From a phage, in NCBI GenBank assembly GCA_011911785.1, contig GCA_011911785.1_4084.1: DNA of 64,000 bases; one strand, given 5' to 3'. A program made the position numbers and the translations under genes. Under the pieces are notes generated by a model. That model saw only the letters and a program-made list of their open reading frames with translations. It did not search any database and had not been told where the DNA came from. This document shows positions 58,691 to 64,000 of the stretch, piece by piece; position 1 is the first letter of the stretch, and each line of letters starts with the position of its first letter.

Positions 58691-59086
58691 TTATAATTTA
58701 GATGTTGTGAATGTCGCCATTCTATTATTACTTCTGGCATCAAACACTATAGTTAGTTGTTCTAATTTATCAAGCATTACATACTCTAAAATTATATCCA
58801 AACGATAACCATATTCAACATTACTAACTGTTAGATTTTTTAAATTCAAACGTGGGTCTAATGAAATAATTCTACGAGCGTCAGCTTCTAAAAGATTTTT
58901 TGTATTATAACCATCAAGTTCAAAAATCAAATCCCAAGCAATGAAACCATAATCAGCATCAAATGCTCTTTCACCTTTCTTTGTATTGAAGTGGTTCATC
59001 AAATCCTGTCTCACCAACTCAGCATCATACAGAGTTTGTGTTTTACCCACAACAGGAGTAGAGAAACCTTTAAAAACTATTGCCAT
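58691..59086 (-). CDS. Baseplate wedge protein, gp25/GPW-like
   Basis: 131 aa; motif KKGERAFDADYGFIAWDLIFE matches the gp25-family GER...FG...L.FE signature. Confidence 0.65.
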   Translation of the reverse strand: MAIVFKGFSTPVVGKTQTLYDAELVRQDLMNHFNTKKGERAFDADYGFIAWDLIFELDGYNTKNLLEADARRIISLDPRLNLKNLTVSNVEYGYRLDIILEYVMLDKLEQLTIVFDARSNNRMATFTTSKL

Positions 59087-59099
59087 AGACTTTCCTCAT

Positions 59100-59588
59100 T
59101 TATACGGATTCAACAATCCTTGCCATTTTTTCAGCACGAGAAGTTGTTTGACGATACCAAGCGGAATCACGCATTTCTTTGCCAGCGGTTTTATAATCAC
59201 CACGACCCAATGCTGCCATTGCTTTCTTAAAGTTCAATACACGAGATTTACCCATTTGGAATACCATCATCCAAAGTACACGTTGTACTTGAATAGGTGC
59301 AGTCATTCCGAATTGATCGTAAATCTCTTTTGCTTCTCTGTATGCATTTAGGGAATCTTTTTGAAGTAATGCTTCAGCTTCAGCTTCCGTTAGCCCTGCA
59401 CTGAAATTTTCACCTTTTAGTACTAAGTGACCATATCCAATGGTATCTAGTCCTAGGCTATCTTTATAAACTCTGAATTTACCATTCTTGAAATAACCTA
59501 ATTTAGTTTGGAAAGCAATAGTACCTTCAAACTCTTTAATTTCTTTCAAATACTGTGCATCATCAGGTTTAATTTCCCATTTACTCAT
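59100..59588 (-). CDS. Lysozyme, GH24 (T4 e-like)
   Basis: EFEG...YKDSLGLDTIGYGHL...MVFQMG...SAWYRQT matches T4 lysozyme catalytic region. Confidence 0.9.
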   Translation of the reverse strand: MSKWEIKPDDAQYLKEIKEFEGTIAFQTKLGYFKNGKFRVYKDSLGLDTIGYGHLVLKGENFSAGLTEAEAEALLQKDSLNAYREAKEIYDQFGMTAPIQVQRVLWMMVFQMGKSRVLNFKKAMAALGRGDYKTAGKEMRDSAWYRQTTSRAEKMARIVESV

Positions 59589-59622
59589 ATACTTCTCCTA
59601 TAATATTTATTGGATAAAATAT

Positions 59623-62286
59623 TTATTGACATGCCTCAATTCTACGTGCCATTAACTCTGCACGACGAGTTGTTTGACGATACCAAGCGGAACTACGTAT
59701 ATGAGCAGCAGCACCACGATAATCACCTTTAGCTAAACATCCAAGCATACCCTTGAATTTTTGAACTTTGTATTTGCCCATTTGGAATACCATTTGACAT
59801 AGTACTTGTTGAGCAATAACAGGTGTTTTTAAATCCCAGGCCGCATATATTGATTTGGCATCATTAATTGCTTGCGTACTGTCTCGTACTAATATTGCTT
59901 CAGCTTCTGCTTCAGTTATGCCACCAGAAAAATCTTCACCTCCGGCAATAAGGTGTCCATATCCAATTGTAGGGAATCCACGGCTATCAATATAACGCCA
60001 GAATTTTCCATTTCTGAAATATCCAAGTGCTGTTTGATATTGGATAGTACCTTCGTGTTCTTTAAGTTCGGATATAAATTGGGAATCACCCGGAGCAACT
60101 TTCCATCCAACGGCAGTTTTATCAACATTACCTACATTATAATTTTGTTCAACTTTTGGAGCGGTTCCTGCATTTCGAGGCTTACGTTCTCTACGACGAG
60201 GAACATGACGAGAACCACGTTGTGAATAACCAGTTCCAATAGTTCGTATGCGAGTTGATATTACCAATTCATCACTATCAGCAGATGGTCTGACCACATC
60301 TTTAGGGTTATTTTGTGTTGATGGTTGACCACCAATTAATGTTTTATTCGCCGCAGCAGAACCCTGACCAGTTACAGTTGTGTAGAATAATCCAGGATCA
60401 ACTGAACCACTAAAACCATAGATATTAGATGAGCGAACTCTTATTTCAAATCGTAATATACCATTAGCAGTTCCTATTACTTGTCCTTTTTCAACAACAT
60501 CTTTATTGAATAGGTCAGAAGTTAAACCATAGAAAACAGATTTATAACCAGATTTATGCTCAACAATAAGAGCATCACCACTGATACCAACAATCCCACC
60601 ATCTGGTGCAACCACACTTCCACGGGCTTGAATTTCCCATCCACTACTATCACGCTTGGTTCCATTCTCGGTCGTTACACCCTTACCCCAATAACCATTC
60701 TGGCGAATAGTACCGCTACATGGCATAAGCATATGCAAACCTTCAAACGTCTGCGAATAACCAGTCATTCCTGGTTCAGCCGCCATTAAATCTTGTGTTT
60801 GAACTTCACTAGTCTCTGGGGCATAATTTACAAATTGAATTGCTTCTGTTTCTTGTTGCTCTGCAAGTGTAGGTTGAACATCATTTGCTGGTTGTGGCTC
60901 AACTGGAGATGTTGTACTACCTTGACCACCACCACTTATACCAGGATCAACCCTATCACCGTGGTTTTCTGCATCTTTCCAGTTAGCAATCATATGAATG
61001 TGGTCATTAAGACCCACTGATGGAGTTTTGAAGTCAGGAGCCATGAATGCAGCACTACCACTATTACCTGCACTATCAACCGTTAGGTTTTGACCACCAC
61101 CACTAATGTTAACGGATGAACCACCAATAACGTTTGCAGAGGATGAACCTTTAATAGATGCAGTTGACCCAGCCGTAATATCAGTACTGCTACCACTTTG
61201 AAGACGTAATGAAGCACCAGTAACCAAACGAAGATCAGCACCAGAATTAATTACAACCTGACCATTGACCTTAGCATCCAAATTACCGACCAATTCCAGT
61301 TTGGTATTTCCACCAACACGAGTATTGAAGTCTTGCCCACTTTCAATATTATAAGAACGACCTGCAACCATGTTAATATCTTGACCTGCACGAATGTTTA
61401 TGTTTTTATCACAGTGCATTTCAATATCACCATCGCCAGTGAATTTAATACGAGCCGTACCATCACGGTTAATTAATAAAACATTACCAGTGGCTTCAGA
61501 AATAAGAAGTTGTGCACCACTACGTGTTTTAATAACAATACCTTCATTCTTTCTGGAACCAACACGAGTGTCATTAACTGGGTTGTTAAATTGTGTGTCT
61601 TGGTATCCATCAGGGTCTTGATCCCATGTTGGCTTGGTCAATTCTTCTTCTGTATATCCATCATCAAGAATAAAACTATTACCACGAGGTGTACTCATAC
61701 CATATACAGTACTGGTTGTTTGACGAGTACTGCTGCGGTTTGCAACACCTGCTTCATCATCGTATAATAAGTTTTGTTTTTTCAATCCTTCAACAGCAGG
61801 AACGTTAATATATTTGTCTTGCATGTCAGTTGTGATTGTGTTACGATCATAATCAGTTACTGGTAATGGCATATCAGTACCATTGTAATTGGTATCCGCA
61901 GTTGCCATTCCAGGAACCATTGTATTCATACGTTGGTCATAAACACATCCAATCCAGTAAGCTTGGAATGTACGTGCTTGTGCAAAAATAACAACAACAG
62001 TACATCCCACATCTGGTGGAACGGCCCAAAAACCATAACCCTTTGGATATTGTCCATAACTATCTGCACTCGGTATTCCTGGAGTTTTGCCAGCAAACGG
62101 AGCCATATAAGAAGCTTCAATCCATGAATCTTTAGAGTTTTTATCACTTTGTGAACCTTGTATCCATACTTTTAGCTTACCAGATTTCGTAGGATCACGG
62201 TTATCCATAACGGTTGCTAATTGTGGATAAGATGGGTCAAAACGACCCAACTGTTCCTTTGCATACTTTTTACTTGTATCTGCCAT
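59623..62286 (-). CDS. Baseplate central spike, gp5-like, with C-terminal GH24 lysozyme domain
   Basis: N-terminal DPTKSGKLKVWIQG like gp5/VgrG OB-fold motif; beta-helix-like repeats; M23-like segment; C-terminal ~150 aa colinear with the adjacent lysozyme. Confidence 0.75.
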   Translation of the reverse strand: MADTSKKYAKEQLGRFDPSYPQLATVMDNRDPTKSGKLKVWIQGSQSDKNSKDSWIEASYMAPFAGKTPGIPSADSYGQYPKGYGFWAVPPDVGCTVVVIFAQARTFQAYWIGCVYDQRMNTMVPGMATADTNYNGTDMPLPVTDYDRNTITTDMQDKYINVPAVEGLKKQNLLYDDEAGVANRSSTRQTTSTVYGMSTPRGNSFILDDGYTEEELTKPTWDQDPDGYQDTQFNNPVNDTRVGSRKNEGIVIKTRSGAQLLISEATGNVLLINRDGTARIKFTGDGDIEMHCDKNINIRAGQDINMVAGRSYNIESGQDFNTRVGGNTKLELVGNLDAKVNGQVVINSGADLRLVTGASLRLQSGSSTDITAGSTASIKGSSSANVIGGSSVNISGGGQNLTVDSAGNSGSAAFMAPDFKTPSVGLNDHIHMIANWKDAENHGDRVDPGISGGGQGSTTSPVEPQPANDVQPTLAEQQETEAIQFVNYAPETSEVQTQDLMAAEPGMTGYSQTFEGLHMLMPCSGTIRQNGYWGKGVTTENGTKRDSSGWEIQARGSVVAPDGGIVGISGDALIVEHKSGYKSVFYGLTSDLFNKDVVEKGQVIGTANGILRFEIRVRSSNIYGFSGSVDPGLFYTTVTGQGSAAANKTLIGGQPSTQNNPKDVVRPSADSDELVISTRIRTIGTGYSQRGSRHVPRRRERKPRNAGTAPKVEQNYNVGNVDKTAVGWKVAPGDSQFISELKEHEGTIQYQTALGYFRNGKFWRYIDSRGFPTIGYGHLIAGGEDFSGGITEAEAEAILVRDSTQAINDAKSIYAAWDLKTPVIAQQVLCQMVFQMGKYKVQKFKGMLGCLAKGDYRGAAAHIRSSAWYRQTTRRAELMARRIEACQ

Positions 62287-63983
62287 TACTCACCACCTGG
62301 GTTTATTATACTATCTTTACGTTTAAGTGCACGAGCGACAATAGCACCTTGAATTTGTTGCGTGAAAGTACCGTTTGTACCAAAATCATGAATTATTTTG
62401 TTTACGCGATAGATTGTTTCGTTGAATGTGGTTGGCGTGGTTATGTCCAAAATACCAGTATTATCATTAATTGAAACTACTGGTTGTAATTTCAATAACA
62501 AATATGCTTCAGTTGAAATATAATTTGCATATTTGAAATCCTCTGGATTTATATATAATGCTTCACCATTTACCAACATATCCAAATATTGAAGATATGC
62601 ATGATCACCCCACCCCAACCAATATGGGTCACCAATTACACGCATATCCAACTTACACATAAATGGACGGTTATAATAGTTGTCGCGTATTTTACGTCTG
62701 TCCATTTCATACGTACTACTATTATCGTTATCAGATGCCGATAAAGTTGTATGGTTGTTTGTAGCTTCAGTTGGTATAGTGAATATTTCACCCCTACGAT
62801 CACCAATTCCATCAGCACCCATGTCATTTTCTTCATATACACTACGATAATCTTCAATGTATTCAGGAAGGACATGAACTTTGTAATTCATATAAGCATC
62901 TTGTTCTTCTTGATTACCCACACCCATCGCATTTTTTAATTGCTCATCTACTTCATTTAGTAATGCAGTTTGAGCTTGTGTTATAATTTCCCCTTTACTT
63001 CGTGCTTTTCTTATATCACTAGTCTTATTCCACGCATCTAATGGGTTACTATATTGAACCCCTTGTATGGTTAATTCCTGTGATGCATGTGTACCACTTC
63101 TGTTACCTTGGTCTTGTATTGGACCTGGGTTACGTGTTGTAGCTACATAAAATTGCTGATCGAAATTCATATCCAAATCTAATATTTCATTATTCAATCC
63201 ACTGAATTGATAATTGTATATTTTCATTCTTAACTTTTCTTCATTATCTCTAGGGTCAAGATAACGTTCAGAGTTTTCTAGGAACGTTTCGAAGTTAAAG
63301 TTTTCTGGTTGTAAATCCGATTCATGAACAACATCACCAATTCGAAAACGAACAATATTAAAAATAACTTTATATACTGATGTATTACGTAAATTATCAA
63401 AACCAACATATTGTTTAAGTGGGATTATATTAACAAATTGGCGAACGCTAGTACTATCACCTTCACGAACAGTACATGCATCAATAACATCATCAATTAT
63501 TCTTGATATTGGTGTACTTGGATTCCATGAAAAGTTTTTAGAACCCTGTGAACCATTTTTTGTTGAAGTTACTTCAGTCATTTGTTTAGAATCATAGTTT
63601 ATGAACATATCAGCAAGTTCAGGTGCAACTTTAAATTCAAAAAATTTACCTTCTGCCAGTTCTGGAAATTTCATACACAAATAACCATACTGTTGTTCTG
63701 ACATTTCATTTAACTTATCTTCCAAATCATAACAAAATGCTCCAAATTGTGCAGCAGTACATGAGAATGTTTCTTTTAATGTCCATTCTACGTTATCAAC
63801 CAATGCAGCACGATTGTGTACTAAGTTAATGGTATATAACATTGTACTACCAGTTGCACTGGCACTTGCTTTAACGTTGTTAATCTTCACTGACCAACGT
63901 TTTGTAGTGTTTGGTATGACTTGAGGAACACCATCTTCATTATAACCAATGAACTTTAGTTCAAGGATTAATGGTAAATCCAT
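62286..63983 (-). CDS. Putative baseplate hub protein (gp27-like by position)
   Basis: 565 aa; stop overlaps spike start (TAATG); assignment from synteny only. Confidence 0.35.
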   Translation of the reverse strand: MDLPLILELKFIGYNEDGVPQVIPNTTKRWSVKINNVKASASATGSTMLYTINLVHNRAALVDNVEWTLKETFSCTAAQFGAFCYDLEDKLNEMSEQQYGYLCMKFPELAEGKFFEFKVAPELADMFINYDSKQMTEVTSTKNGSQGSKNFSWNPSTPISRIIDDVIDACTVREGDSTSVRQFVNIIPLKQYVGFDNLRNTSVYKVIFNIVRFRIGDVVHESDLQPENFNFETFLENSERYLDPRDNEEKLRMKIYNYQFSGLNNEILDLDMNFDQQFYVATTRNPGPIQDQGNRSGTHASQELTIQGVQYSNPLDAWNKTSDIRKARSKGEIITQAQTALLNEVDEQLKNAMGVGNQEEQDAYMNYKVHVLPEYIEDYRSVYEENDMGADGIGDRRGEIFTIPTEATNNHTTLSASDNDNSSTYEMDRRKIRDNYYNRPFMCKLDMRVIGDPYWLGWGDHAYLQYLDMLVNGEALYINPEDFKYANYISTEAYLLLKLQPVVSINDNTGILDITTPTTFNETIYRVNKIIHDFGTNGTFTQQIQGAIVARALKRKDSIINPGGE

Positions 63984-64000
63984 AAATTTATGATAACGAA

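Overview
AT-rich ~64 kb segment of a large contractile-tailed phage (myovirus) genome. It carries recognisable T4-family core genes (tail sheath gp18-like, two tube gp19-like paralogs, neck gp13-like and gp15-like, baseplate gp25-like and gp5-like spike, dNMP kinase, NrdC-like glutaredoxin, thymidylate synthase) but in a non-T4 order, with giant genes (1845 aa fibre, 3335 aa and 1154 aa baseplate-region proteins), consistent with a T4-distant jumbo-type phage. Left third (1-24 kb, + strand): small genes, CCA-adding enzyme, a frame-split Nudix gene, glutaredoxin, macro-domain protein, neck, sheath, tube paralogs, acidic proteins, a MoxR-AAA+/VWA pair behind twin sigma70-like promoters, thymidylate synthase. 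Middle (24-42.6 kb, mostly - strand): multi-gene tail fibre/tailspike locus including a beta-helix depolymerase-like spike, then neck/tail-completion genes and a second Nudix. Right (42.7-64 kb): a ClpA-like double AAA+ unfoldase on + strand, then a - strand baseplate module. No tRNA, rRNA, CRISPR array, integrase or transposase was recognised. Best candidates for an undescribed accessory system: the MoxR/VWA cassette, the ClpA-like unfoldase, and the CCA/Nudix/glutaredoxin/macro cluster. All calls come from reading motifs in the supplied translations and the DNA; no database search or computation was run, and coordinates of promoters/terminators are by eye.
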